Notes: generated by a model not told the origin, from the letters alone. A DNA stretch of 63,166 nt, filler included, from Globobulimina sp. (GCA_003354225.1; 38 parts of 38 records of this genome joined end to end with filler, not necessarily neighbours in it); one strand, 5' to 3'; shown: positions 25,766 through 38,305, numbered from the whole stretch's first letter. Program-made: numbers and translations.

Positions 25766-26550
25766 TCACAGATTGCTGAAACATCCGTGTGAGGGATATA
25801 TCGTGCAACCTTTTCCATCATTAACCTCAATTGAATTTGAATGTCGTTCTTTCTCTCTTTCTGCAGCTAATTCTATTTTAGTATCTAGATAATGATAAAT
25901 GACCACAATAATACTTTGTGGCACTTCCATATCTTTTCTAATTAAGGGACGCAACCATCCTTTGACAGTATACTTAAATTTCAAATACGTGACGGTTTTC
26001 CTCATAAAGAAGTGTGCTCCATTTTCAATGTCTCCTCCATAACATTTTGAATGTTTACTCCTATCGCCAACACATCGCTGTCCACATTTATCACATTTCC
26101 ATGCAAATTCAACGGATTGTTTACTACAATATGCATCTCTCCATTCTTTCTCATCATTTGCAAAATAATACAATCCTCGCGTCCCTTCTCTGTTATATCT
26201 CTCGCATTGCAACAAATGTTCATAAAATGTGCCTCGCCCAGTAAATGTATCCAAGCATTGGCTACATAAATATTGATATCCCTCACATTGTGTATCCCAA
26301 TGAGTGACCAACAGTGCTCTCTTAATGTCATCTTTCCCGCATAAATTACATTTTATCAATGCGTTTTGACAAATTGCATCCAAATGATCATTCATCAAAT
26401 TGCCACCAACTCCAACTTCGCAATTGCATAATTTACATTTTTCATACTTCTTTGGCATTGACCATAAAAACCACCCCGGTTCCTGGGACACTACATTTTT
26501 AGCAATTGGTATCCATTCAAATATATATTTGAGATCATCGACAACGGAAT
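25766..26550 (-). CDS. TRAF-type zinc-finger protein
   Basis: Repeated CxxC...H...C units (CKLC..HLDAIC, CNLC..HWDTQC, CSQC..HLLQC). Confidence 0.7.
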
Positions 26551-26664
26551 NNNNNNNNNNNNNNNNNNNNNNNNNNNNNNNNNNNNNNNNNNNNTTAATT
26601 AATTAANNNNNNNNNNNNNNNNNNNNNNNNNNNNNNNNNNNNNNNNNNNNTTCCATTTGTAAAC

Positions 26665-26692
26665 GAAGTTTTCTTGAAGTGAGCTAGTCATC
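26665..26692 (+). promoter_or_regulatory. 28-bp shared upstream motif, copy 1 (GAAGTTTTCTTGAAGTGAGCTAGTCATC)
   Basis: 27/28 identical to 46103-46130; ends 6 nt before the Vps52 ATG. Confidence 0.55.
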
Positions 26693-26698
26693 GCAATC

Positions 26699-28177
26699 AT
26701 GGCTACCTCCACGTCACCTTTTGCAGACACGTTTATTGCATTAAAGCCTCCTGCAACCAATGCAACATCCTTAACAGAGCAAGCATCAATAACATCAACC
26801 TCCTATTATTTCGTCAATTACATCAGCTTAGAAGACTTAGACTTAACCAATCAAACCGAAGAGATAGATGTTAGCGGCGTAGAAGCAAACTTGAATGCCT
26901 TCCAAGAAGACAATATCGTGGCCATGGCATTAAACCAAAATGTAAATTTAACCAACTATTCCAAAAAAATCGAGAACGACTTGCATAGAGTGGAGATACT
27001 ATCCATTCGCGACTATATCGAGAATAGTGAAGATTTGGTGTCGTTGCATTCGGATATATTGCAAACTGACACTTTATTAGAATCGATGCAGACAATGTTG
27101 TCTGGCTTCCAAGATCATTTAAAGCAAATCTCCGGAGAGATTCGCCATTTACAGGACAAGTCCTTGTCTATGAACATAGAGCTACAAAACGAGAAACAGA
27201 CCGAGACGCTGTTGAATAAATACGTGGATGAATTGGAGATTACCGCTGAATTCATCGACAAGATCACCAACAGCGTTGTGGGTAAGCAATATATCAAACA
27301 TTTGGTCGCATTGAACAGCAAAATACAGTTTCATCAAAGTTTAGACCACGAATGGACTGCCTATCAGGACATTGCTACCAAATTGATCACCTTACAAAAC
27401 AGAGCTACTTTGCGAATCCGAGCCTTTTTAATTACGCAATTCAACGCATTGGGCGTGCCAAAGACCAATATCTCGCTCAAACAGCAGCATTTATAATTAT
27501 TCAAATACTTTATGACTTTCTTAGACCAACGACAGACGAATGACATTTCCATTCGATCCAATCGATTGAAAAGACAGAACTCGTATTCTTCCACGGCATC
27601 GTCCATAATGAGTGGGCGGAGTGGCACCTTTGATGATGGCGACATCGCCAACCAACTACGCGTTTTTTACATCGATTTGATGAGTCGGGTCTATATGGGC
27701 CATTTTCGCAGTTATGTGCAGTCCCTAACTAAGTACCGCGAGACTTGTGTGCCGGGAAGGAATGACTTATTGGCTTGCGATGTGGGCAAAACTGGCGGCT
27801 TATTCTCGAGCAAAAAGTCGATTGAATATTTAAACCGCGTGTTTAATTTAGGCAAACGGATCAATGTCTTGTTGGCCTCGGATGGCAATGGCAGCGGCAT
27901 TCATGGCAATGGCAACAATGAGCCTGCGATTGTGGTACAAATGATCGATATTAACCATCGATTCCAATATGAAGAGATATTCAAATCCTTTCTGAGATTA
28001 TTGACGGATACATCGATCAATGAGTATAGGTCTTTATTGCAGTTGTTTCATCAAAATACGATGTTTAATAAGATATTTGATAAGGTTTTGCAGCAATTTT
28101 TAGAGGAATTTGATGCGTTTAGGCAGTCTTGTTATGATTCGATTGGCTTATTGTTGATGATACGCATCGTTGAGAGG
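26699..28177 (+). CDS. VPS52: GARP/EARP subunit Vps52 with an in-frame TAA at 27494-27496; 3' truncated at an intron donor near 28178
   Basis: SIRDYI..S..LVSLH..I, MLSGFQ..L..IS.EI..LQ.KS..MNI.L.N, PKTN, YEEIFKS...LL.D....EY and CYDSIGLLLMIRI; both ORF halves are in the same frame. Confidence 0.9.
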
Positions 28178-28315
28178 GTATGTAATATGTCGATGTTTTT
28201 TGTTGTTTTTATCCGNNNNNNNNNNNNNNNNNNNNNNNNNNNNNNNNNNNNNNNNNNNNTTAATTAATTAANNNNNNNNNNNNNNNNNNNNNNNNNNNNN
28301 NNNNNNNNNNNNNNN

Positions 28316-28734
28316 GTGAAAAGCCAATATTATTTCTATATTGTTTTAGTTTAAATTTCTTTCGCGGATTTGCATCATTATTATTTAATTGATTGTGTTT
28401 AATCTCTGAATATCTCCGTTTTCTATGTTTTCGAGTACTTAATAGAACTTCTTCAGTGTGAATGCCTTCCGATTTTACTTTTTCTTCATTTTGTTTTTTT
28501 TGTTTAAATTCTTTAACTGTTACTCCTAATTTCTTCAATCGGCTAAATTTTTTTTTCTGTTATTAAATTATTTTAATATTATTTTATATGTCAAATTAAT
28601 ATCGACATACTTAAAGCACTGTCGTTTAAAACATGTTCCTTGAAATCTTTGCCTTGTAATTCAAGAGTTTTCCGTAATCGTCTGAAGAATTCTGCTAATG
28701 CTTCAAATTCATTTCTATCTTTGACTGTCGCCAT
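28316..28734 (-). CDS. Unknown basic protein, 5' part; probable intron 28557-28610
   Basis: ATG at 28734; gtatgt donor and cag acceptor join into the 28260-28538 frame; NLS-like basic clusters. Confidence 0.45.
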
Positions 28735-28941
28735 GAATTCAATTAAAGTTTTGGTAGTAACAAGTTAAGAAAAAAGCAGTTATTTTTATTAGTCCAACAT
28801 TTTTGTTATCCCCCTACTGATCGACACGTGACATGTGGTATATAGTTAGGAAACAGCAATCATGTGTTTCTCCGTTTTAATTTTACAGAACTAGAGCATT
28901 AAAAGTGTTTTTCGTTTCTATTTTGCTCGATAAAAGTCATT

Positions 28942-29628
28942 TTAGTGTCTTTTTCTATTTTGTGGAACATACCAAACAGTATGCGTATCAAACCAATGTG
29001 ATTCGTAGATAAAAGCAAATCCGAATAATGGATATATTCCAAAAGTAAGTATTGTATATATTAAATAATATGCAACAACATCAGACAGATACGATCCAAA
29101 TGAAGCTGTTAATCGACATTTTAAAGGTCCAATTTTTATATTTTTAATTGTTTTTTTGAAAAAATACCACTTCCATATTGGCCACAAAAATATTCCAATG
29201 CCAAAAAAAGCAAATGATGCAATGACTGCTACATATTCATACCAATGTATTTGAACAGATTTTTTTAAATTGTGTCCAAACTTATTAATGTCTTTGGCGA
29301 TTTTATTCCATTCTTCATCACTAAATGACGAACCTTCTTCTTTTGCAATATTTGATGCATTTGCAGTGTTTTGCGTTTTATTTGAAAATACTATATTGTA
29401 GCAACCAAATGATGCACCCATTCCAAGTGCTGATATACATATTTTGTTTCTTATAGTTTTGCGGACTGCGCGACAATGATAATATCTATTAACAAGCCGT
29501 GGCATTGAATATGAAATGTAATATCTGTTATGTATACCACTATACACCATACATGATCTTTGTTTAAATGCTACATTTTTAGAATTTAAAAGTCTTTTTA
29601 AAGCAAAAGAGGTTGACATGACGAACAT
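28942..29628 (-). CDS. DUF898/YjgN-like small membrane protein with presequence-like N-terminus
   Basis: YTILTFGIYP...W..THT motif; Arg/Ser-rich N-terminus lacking acidic residues. Confidence 0.5.
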   Translation of the reverse strand: MFVMSTSFALKRLLNSKNVAFKQRSCMVYSGIHNRYYISYSMPRLVNRYYHCRAVRKTIRNKICISALGMGASFGCYNIVFSNKTQNTANASNIAKEEGSSFSDEEWNKIAKDINKFGHNLKKSVQIHWYEYVAVIASFAFFGIGIFLWPIWKWYFFKKTIKNIKIGPLKCRLTASFGSYLSDVVAYYLIYTILTFGIYPLFGFAFIYESHWFDTHTVWYVPQNRKRH

Positions 29629-29980
29629 TAAAGTGAGTTAAAACAGAACGACCAGACAGTTTTTAGCTTCATTCGGTTAATTAGTAATAGCAATTGAAAA
29701 GACAACATGCCACAAAATGAATACATGGAACGATTCAGGAAAAAGTTTGGGCGTCGTTATGATTACGAATACAGACAGTTTAGTCCCGTTTTAAAAAACA
29801 AATAATGATTGATTGCAATATTTTGCTGCTTCATCACAAAAACAAAATGAAATCAGACGCAAACGAACCTTACGAGCTTGNNNNNNNNNNNNNNNNNNNN
29901 NNNNNNNNNNNNNNNNNNNNNNNNTTAATTAATTAANNNNNNNNNNNNNNNNNNNNNNNNNNNNNNNNNNNNNNNNNNNN

Positions 29981-30977
29981 TCCGCCACCCCATCCACCTC
30001 TTCGTCTCTGTCCACCCCATCCACCGCCACCGCCGCCGCCTCCTCCTCCTCCTCCTCCTCCGCCTCCACGTCTGTTATACCCACCACCTCCACGTCGATA
30101 ATTATTGTACCCGCCGCCTCCTCTGCGATACCCATAATTGCCTCCCCCGCCACCACGATATCCTCCGCGATATCCGCCACGTCGATAATTGTTATACCCG
30201 CCTTGCCGATATCCACCGCCTTGTCTGTAACCCGGTCGATTACGCGATTGCATTGAGAACGGTTTGATGGCGTCCGATGAGATAGGCTGTTGATAGCCGG
30301 CCGCATCTTTCTTAATCTCGCTCTCATCGCGACTCAATGTGATCGTTATACTCGCCACTCTCCGTTTGGTCTCTACCTCTTTCAAACCCTGTTCCAATGG
30401 CTCCCATACTATCAAAAATCACACAATGTAATGGAAAAAGTTAGAAATTTAATTTATGAGTTTATTTGTGTGCAAGGATGCTATGGGGAATGTGCAATGC
30501 GTGCATACCGTCGGTGATTTCCAGGGTCTCTAAGGATGTCACTTGATGTAAACCAGAAATGCGTCGTTTGACCACTTCAGCCGTAGTCACCGCTTTGTTG
30601 ATAGCGCGACCGGTCGCTTTCAATACGATGGTATCAAAATGCTGAGGCTCCTCAACCACAGGTTTTGGTGGCTCGACCGCTTCTTTTTGCTCGTCTTTGT
30701 TCTCAGTTTTCTCATCAGGGGCACCCGCATCCTCTGCCGCTTTCGGTGTCTCCTCTTCCTTTACAACAGCAGCAGGCGCAGGTTTGGGCGGTGCGGCTCG
30801 TCCATATCCTTGCTTTTCATTCCTTCGCCCATCTAATAAGGAACATGCATAATCTACGTATCGTTTAACATGGCCCTGATTTCCTTTTATTCGTACTTCG
30901 TTCGGATCGATTGAGGGTTGGGATTCTGGTTTCTTCTTCTTTTTGTACTTAGATTGTGTGGTTTGTTGGTCGGCCAT
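29981..30977 (-). CDS. Alba (Rpp25-type) nucleic-acid binding protein with RGG tail; intron 30409-30508
   Basis: NEVRI..YVDYA..LL, IVLKATGRAINKAVTTAEVVKRRI.GLHQ, D|VWEPLEQGL..ITITLS, GYQ.P; YRRGGG repeats. Confidence 0.93.
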
Positions 30978-31844
30978 TTGTGGCGCGCAGATTTCGAGAT
31001 TGTAGTTAAAGTACGAGAGGTAAGCTAATGCAACTATGTCCGAAGAACTTTAGTACGCTGTCTGGTTTGAAATTTAGTTCGATTATCAAAAAAACATTAG
31101 CTAACATCAACACATTTAAAGAGTGTGCAAAATAGCTCAAATGTTACAAATATGTGTCATCAATCAATATCCCCACAAATATACCAAATACACATTAATG
31201 ACAAATCGCTAACGTTTGTAGTCATATCACTTGTTATATCCACTCATTTTTGCTACATTGTAATGTTCCATTCATATATTGAAAATTATTAATATTCAAA
31301 TTCATACCAACACATATGAGATCATCGGAAACATTGTTTTGCTTGTTCCTGTCGCCCTGGAGAGATCAAGACGCTGAAGGACCACATGAAAGAGCTCGAA
31401 CGACAAATATCCAATGTGGAGGAAGATATCACCAATGCAGAGAGATCGGTGAATGTAAGCAATATCGTGTTAGCGCTACAATCGAGCAAGGAGTTGTACG
31501 ACCAACGGAAACCCAAGCAGGCGTCGGCGCTCCTGGAGAAAGTGANNNNNNNNNNNNNNNNNNNNNNNNNNNNNNNNNNNNNNNNNNNNTTAATTAATTA
31601 ANNNNNNNNNNNNNNNNNNNNNNNNNNNNNNNNNNNNNNNNNNNNTCTATGCGGTATCTTACCTTCAATACATTTTCAAGCGGATGGATATGAATATCTG
31701 AAGCCCGTTCTTTTAAACCACGGGCCATAATTGCATTTACCATTTTAATGATTGTAATCCGTCATTTGCATTTCAACGAATTGATAATGATTTTGGATTT
31801 AGTTTTTTGTATAATAAATATAAACCAAATATGTTGGTTGGCAG

Positions 31845-32136
31845 ATATTTGTTGCCAGAAAGTAGAACAACATTCGAATTGCGAGGCATTCGGATTGTTA
31901 TGTCTATTCAAGGTGGTATGCACAAATTCAATTTAGTTGGTTTATTGCTATCGTTTGGATCATTAATTGGTTTGTTAGCGACTTCAATGGTAATCACAGA
32001 TTTTGTTTTGTTAAATATCCATCCAAAAAGGGATACATATGTATTGCACAAATATCGATTTGTAGAAAATGATCGGATAATCGAGAATGTTGACAGGGAA
32101 TTATTGAAACATTTAACCAATTTGGGTTATTATTAA
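31845..32136 (+). CDS. P2X receptor-like channel, last exon (TM2 region)
   Basis: RTTFELRGIRIV...GGMHKFNL..LLLSFGSLIGLLATSMVITDFVLL...Y..HKY matches the P2X GIR/GKF/TM2/YxxxK pattern. Confidence 0.75.
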
Positions 32137-32388
32137 AACATATATCTGAGACTCGCAACGACCGATAATAATTTATTTCTGTGTTTAAAATGTTTTAATT
32201 TATTTACGCGTCATTAAATACAAAATTGTTAATTAAATAGCTCACGAAAACGAAAAAATATACAAGAAAAACATTTGGTTTATTTGTTTGCGTCATTCGC
32301 TTGATTCCATTTGATCCATTTTTTGTATTTTGACATTTCATTCCATGGAGGAGCTAATCCCATTTTAATCATTATATTGATGACAGAT

Positions 32389-33210
32389 TTATTTTTGAAC
32401 ACTTTCATTCGAGCTCTGTCTAAAACAAAAAAATAAACACATAGGAAATGCACAAAATAGAATACCTTTCAAAAAGGCAGATTTAATTCGTAAGGCACCG
32501 CATGGCGATGAATCCAGATTTAGTTCATAAGCAGCTGCAGTATTCACTGAATCCGTTAAATCCAATACGTCGTTATTATTTGTTTCATTTTCTTTATTAT
32601 CATGCAAAATAACCAGATTTTTGTATTTTCTTTGTCTTTGCCATAATTTCTTTGTAAAATATAACCATTCCGCAAATTGTGTATTGATATCAGGTAAACA
32701 TTCATTTTGATTAATTAATGTATGTTTATTATATCCATCTTTATCTAAACCTAAAACATCATCATCATCATCTTGAATATCAATGGAGACGGTTTCATTG
32801 TCATTTGTTGGCTCATTTGATGGCTCATTTGATGGCTCGTTTGATGTCTCATCATTTTCAATTTCCGATAGTTTACGTTTCTTTCTTCTTCGTCTTCTTT
32901 TATATTTTGGATTAGTATCTGATGCAATTAATGAAGGCTGTTCTTCTGAGGATAAAATGATGGGTCCGCCGTTGCGATGTATATTAGGATTATGATCATA
33001 ATTATAATTATGATTTATATTTTGATTGATATTATGATTTACCATTGCTGGATATTCATATTGTTGCGCAATTTGTTGATGATAATGTGTATATTGTTGT
33101 TGTCTTACTGATTGCAAATAGTATGCATACTGTTGTTGTCGTTGAATTAAATATTGTTGCTGTGCATAATATCTTTGGTGTTGTTGTTGTTGAATATATG
33201 CTGCATATTG
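32389..33210 (-). CDS. Low-complexity Gln/Asn-rich probable nuclear protein fragment
   Basis: Q/Y/N-rich tract, KRRRRRKKRK NLS-like cluster, SNEP repeats. Confidence 0.5.
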   Translation of the reverse strand, partial: QYAAYIQQQQHQRYYAQQQYLIQRQQQYAYYLQSVRQQQYTHYHQQIAQQYEYPAMVNHNINQNINHNYNYDHNPNIHRNGGPIILSSEEQPSLIASDTNPKYKRRRRRKKRKLSEIENDETSNEPSNEPSNEPTNDNETVSIDIQDDDDDVLGLDKDGYNKHTLINQNECLPDINTQFAEWLYFTKKLWQRQRKYKNLVILHDNKENETNNNDVLDLTDSVNTAAAYELNLDSSPCGALRIKSAFLKGILFCAFPMCLFFCFRQSSNESVQK

Positions 33211-33310
33211 NNNNNNNNNNNNNNNNNNNNNNNNNNNNNNNNNNNNNNNNNNNNTTAATTAATTAANNNNNNNNNNNNNNNNNNNNNNNNNNNNNNNNNN
33301 NNNNNNNNNN

Positions 33311-34875
33311 CAAAATTAGCTAAGCCGGTATAACGCGTATTTTTACAGATGCATTGTTTTAACTCTTGACAGATATATTTGGTGCGATCGTCCATTAAAT
33401 GTTCCACATTTTCAGGCTTTGCCGGTTCTGGGAAATTTAGTAAGCTCCGTTTGCGTAAACGCTCCAATTTCTGTTTCATTTTAAATTGTTGCTTATATAA
33501 TGTGCGCAAACTATTCATCTCTTCATTGCCTTTATATTCGGTAATGCGTTGTAATGATTTCACCGCTGATCTCTTCTCACTTAAACCATCAAAATCGTGC
33601 TCGTCGGCATCTTCTTTGCATTCATCAATGCCGCTTAATACAATTTTAAGTTTTGCGCTCGATGACCCACTGGATTGGGACGCATTATTTACGAGCACTT
33701 TGGATGGTACATGTATTTCAGGTATTTTATTTTCCTTATTATCATGCGCCTGTTTGTCAGCCGCAGCTGGTTTGTCTTCCTGTGCTGGCACTGGCTGTGA
33801 CGGTGGCGGTAAATCATTATTATCATTGTCTAGCATCACATCATTATTTATAAGATGATCAAGCTTGTCACTGAATATTTTTTCGTGTGCTTTATTCAGC
33901 TCAAAGTCTTTGGTTTTGTTTTTTGAGTGTCTGTGATATCGCATTCCAAACTTCTCTCTTATTTTTTTATAATTATTAAACGATTTCTGTGATATCGAAT
34001 CATTCCAATTATAATTTATTTTTTTAAATGATTTACGAGGAACATTTGATGGTATTTTCATGCTTTGCGAGGCTGAAACTGAGACCGACATTGATTCGCT
34101 CATCGAAATAGACGCTGCCCTCTCTCGTCTATGCTCCTCCTCGTCTTCAAAATCATTATTATCCGTTTCATTTTTTGGCGTTTCTGGTGTGATAATATCA
34201 GCTACGCTATGTTTGGGTGTATTGGGTGTGTCCGGCGTGTCTGGCGTATCATAAATGATAGGCTCTGATATCTGAATCACTAACTTACGCAAATCATCCA
34301 CTTCATTGGTGGTTATATCCTCAATCTCATCATACTTAGTTCCTCCATCAATGCTCTGTTCCTTTAAAATGCCCTCTTCTTTATCCTGTTGTTTTGCCAG
34401 CATTGAGATTACTTTTCTTTGTATGGTAGCTATCTTAGGATCTAATACAATCGTATTCTGTTTCAAAAAATGACAAAAATCCACTGCGTTGATGCCATAC
34501 TCGCGACTCGATATAGTCATATGATCGAATAACTGCTCAACCTCTGATTTACTTAAAATAGTAGCAATGCCAAGCACCGATATGCCAGCCATAAATCCAT
34601 CGAAATTGATCCCTTTCTCTCCTAATTCCTCCTCCTCCTCACTCGATGTCGATGAATCACTGCTTGACTCACTTAAGGTCACTTTCTTTTTTCTGGCTTT
34701 CGAATAAATTCCACGTTTGCTATCAAATGGTTTATAAAAGTATTTGTCAAACATTTGGATGATTTGCTGTCTCGTTGGTCGCGATTCCTCCACATTATAC
34801 GCTTCTAATTCCTTCTTCCTTTTCTCTCTCAATTCGTCGCGTTTTTTCACTCTCTCCGCCTGTCGTTTTAACATT
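33311..34875 (-). CDS. Unknown protein fragment with a degenerate EF-hand pair
   Basis: ORF spans the whole contig; GINFDGF and EVEQLFD...GINAVDF motifs. Confidence 0.6.
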
Positions 34876-34975
34876 NNNNNNNNNNNNNNNNNNNNNNNNN
34901 NNNNNNNNNNNNNNNNNNNTTAATTAATTAANNNNNNNNNNNNNNNNNNNNNNNNNNNNNNNNNNNNNNNNNNNN

Positions 34976-36325
34976 ATTGAAAACGTACAAAAAGATAATA
35001 TTAAAGCACCCGTTGATTTAGTTGATAAAATTGTTGATGTCGTTGTTGATGTCGTTGATGATTTAATTGATAAAGTTGTTGGAGATGATTTCGTAAATAG
35101 TGAGAATAACATTGAAGCTGAAGAAAGCAATGAAATCAACGAGACTGTAATTACAGAAAGTGTAAGTAAAGAAAAAGACGATACGGAAAATGAAGACATT
35201 GCAACGTTGAGACAGTCACTCACTGAGTTAAGCCTGACAATCAATATTAAAGATGATGCAATTGAAAATCTACAAAAAGAAAATATAATTTTATCAAAAC
35301 AAATAAACAACTTAAAAACTACAAAACAAGATACGAAAACGGTATCCATTATTAAAAATGTTACGGATGATGAATATGACGAAGAATCAGATGAATCTGA
35401 ATCTGAATATGGAGATACAGTAACTGAGAGTGAGTCAAGTGATGAGAGTGAACAGCAACTGGTTGAAACTGGTGTATTTTTTAAATATTTCGCATCATAT
35501 TTTGCTGTTAAAGTGGAACAAGATATAGAAATTACAGAAGAACACTTACAAAAGATATTCAAGGAAATTGACATTGATAAATCAGAGTTAATAGATTTTA
35601 CAGAGTTCAAAAAATGTGTTGATTTATTACAATTATCAGATGGCATAAATTATAGAAAAGAATTTGATCGAGCTGATAAAGATGAAAGTGGATATATTGA
35701 TTATGCAGAATTTAGGTGCGCTATTTTAGGAAATCAAGCAAAATTGTTATCAGCTAATAAATTAAAATTAATGTTTCATGAGTTAGATGAAAATAAGTCT
35801 GGAACATTAAACTTTGAAGAATTTAAAAAGATGTGTGGCAAATTGCAGTTTGGGACATTAACGTATGATAATGATAAAGATATGATACAATATTTTGATA
35901 AAGTTGATACGGACAAAAATGGGAAAATTGATTTTAAGGAGTTTGTAAAAGCAATATTAGGAAAAGAATTAAGTGATCAAGAATTAAGACAGGCAGAGGA
36001 ATATTCAGATACAATTGGTAGAATCAAAACTGTTTTTAAAGAAATGGATAAAGCAAAATCTGGTTGGTTGGAATTAAATCAATTTATTGTGTGTGCAAAA
36101 CAACTGAAATGTATGCAAACTGATATAAAATTAAGAGATTCATTTAGAAGATGTGATGAAGATAATAACGGTAACATTAGTATGCCACAATTTGTAACAT
36201 TAATGTATAAATTATTAAACTTTAAACAGGAAAAAGATGATGATGATGGTAGCGAAAGTGATAGTGGTAATGATGCAGATGAGGATAAGACACAGCCTGG
36301 ATTGCTTTCTTTGTTGTTTAACTAA
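34976..36325 (+). CDS. Calcium-binding protein with six EF-hands, 5' truncated
   Basis: DIDKSELIDFTEF, DKDESGYIDYAEF, DENKSGTLNFEEF, DTDKNGKIDFKEF, DKAKSGWLELNQF, DEDNNGNISMPQF. Confidence 0.92.
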   Translation: MENVQKDNIKAPVDLVDKIVDVVVDVVDDLIDKVVGDDFVNSENNIEAEESNEINETVITESVSKEKDDTENEDIATLRQSLTELSLTINIKDDAIENLQKENIILSKQINNLKTTKQDTKTVSIIKNVTDDEYDEESDESESEYGDTVTESESSDESEQQLVETGVFFKYFASYFAVKVEQDIEITEEHLQKIFKEIDIDKSELIDFTEFKKCVDLLQLSDGINYRKEFDRADKDESGYIDYAEFRCAILGNQAKLLSANKLKLMFHELDENKSGTLNFEEFKKMCGKLQFGTLTYDNDKDMIQYFDKVDTDKNGKIDFKEFVKAILGKELSDQELRQAEEYSDTIGRIKTVFKEMDKAKSGWLELNQFIVCAKQLKCMQTDIKLRDSFRRCDEDNNGNISMPQFVTLMYKLLNFKQEKDDDDGSESDSGNDADEDKTQPGLLSLLFN

Positions 36326-36640
36326 ATCGTACATACATTTAAAATATTTTAGTTTGTGAATTCTGAAATGATCGTTTAAAATACAAAAATGTATAAAATA
36401 CAAAAAAGGGAAAAACAAAGCTTCACTTTACATTGTTGCATAGAGGTTTTTGGTAACCAATTAAGAATTATTATATCATAGTTATAGTTCACGAGGGTGG
36501 TATAACTTTCTCATAATTCATCACCCACAGCTAGTATAACNNNNNNNNNNNNNNNNNNNNNNNNNNNNNNNNNNNNNNNNNNNNTTAATTAATTAANNNN
36601 NNNNNNNNNNNNNNNNNNNNNNNNNNNNNNNNNNNNNNNN

Positions 36641-38205
36641 TGAGGTATCACATATTCTATCAGCTGTCGGTCAAAATCATCAATTATAGAATTCATAATA
36701 GTTTTGGCTGTGTTTATAGCCTCAAAATGCAACCGATCCATTTTGGTGGATTCATCGTCAATATCTAATAATTCGTTGGATTCAATCAATTCGTCATATT
36801 CTACATCTAACTCGCTTTCGTTTACATTCTCCGCATTCAATTCATCATAGTTTATATCCTTGGCCTTATTTGCCTTATTCTTCAGTTTTAGTTTCCTTAA
36901 TTCATTGTTAATATACACCAATTTCTTGGGCAAATGCATGTAATCCAACGTGTTTAACACCTTATCGTTGATGTCAATGACAATTCCAATAATGTTTGAA
37001 AAGCGAATGGATCGCAAACATTCCCGCAATACCAATATATTTAAGCGTGAGCCTTGATTTTGTAGCTCGTACGAAGTCTTATTCAAACCTAATAAACCCG
37101 CGGTGTCAATCAGTTTAAAATGCATTTGCGATGGTTTATGGTACATTGGGATCGCAATAGAATCGCGTGTAATGCCCGGGATATCCGCCACCATACATCG
37201 GTTCTCACCCAATATAGCATTTATTAATGAGGATTTGCCCACATTTGGCCTACCCACAATGCATAATTTCAGTTCAAACAATTGTTTTAATTGGGTCTCA
37301 TTCTCCATATTTATCTCATTTATATCCATTAACTCGTCATCGCCAATCATGGCATCATCAACGTCTACATTTGTGATGGTCGCAGCAATCTTATTATATT
37401 TATTTATCTCTTCATCGGTTAAATGTCGCAATTCCGGATCATCCGTCTCTGCATTGTCTGTTTTTGTATTTTTTATTTGATTCCCCATTGACTCATATTC
37501 TTTTGCAGTTTCATCATAGTCGAAATCATTAAAATTAACATTTTCTTCGATCAATTCTACATTTAATGCATCATAATCATCCATATTCTCCTCGTTATAT
37601 TTATATTCAAATACATCTCTTTCCCCCATACTTTGCATGAATTGTTGTTCTGCGTTTGTGGTTTGTACATATTCTGCACTCTGTTCCTCGTTGTATTCAC
37701 TCTCAATTTCATGTAACCGACTCAATGGAATATATTTCAACTCTTCAATTGCATTCATATTGCCATCATCATGATTGTTATTGTCATTATTATTGGCACC
37801 AAACTTCTCAATATATGCTTGTGTGATATTTGTATCTCTCCACACATCAATTTGTTGGAATATATCATCCAAAGAATGAAATAAATCCACAAAGCCATCG
37901 CCAGAATGACACGATAACCCGACCACTTGACCTAAATTGAACTCATATCCTTGTGCTATAATATCATGTGCGTCCATATGTGTTTCTACTTTGTTTGCCA
38001 CACAAACCACATATTTCTTATCAATCTCATCCTCACTGCACTCCGCATCTGAATTTCGTTTTATATGTGGATTGTTTCTGCGCAATTGACTCTGTAGCAC
38101 ACTGCAACCATTACCCATATCAATCTCCTTTAGTTTTAATTTTTTATGCAACCATTTGGCGATATATCGGTCCTCTTCGTTTATACCTACTTTTGCATCA
38201 TATAG
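36641..38205 (-). CDS. der: Der/EngA double GTPase (organellar type), internal fragment with long acidic insertions
   Basis: GD1 end ([16 protein letters not shown]) followed by GD2 ([22 protein letters not shown]...[15 protein letters not shown]). Confidence 0.85.
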
Positions 38206-38305
38206 NNNNNNNNNNNNNNNNNNNNNNNNNNNNNNNNNNNNNNNNNNNNTTAATTAATTAANNNNNNNNNNNNNNNNNNNNNNNNNNNNNNNNNNNNNNN
38301 NNNNN

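Noticed and set aside
29981-30240. G-rich strand with quadruplex- or telomere-like appearance
   Set aside because: Explained by the Gly/Arg codons of the Alba RGG tail
31360-31545. Short coiled-coil ORF reminiscent of Snf7/ESCRT-III
   Set aside because: Too short, truncated, and lacks diagnostic motifs or a clear start
32625-32705. PDINTQFAEWLYFTKKLWQRQRK resembles a linker motif of DNA polymerase epsilon
   Set aside because: The motif is too short and no polymerase domains surround it
34924-35646. Long antisense ORFs (here and e.g. 33379-33858, 37103-37480, 57034-57366)
   Set aside because: Shadow frames of real genes on the opposite strand; no independent motifs
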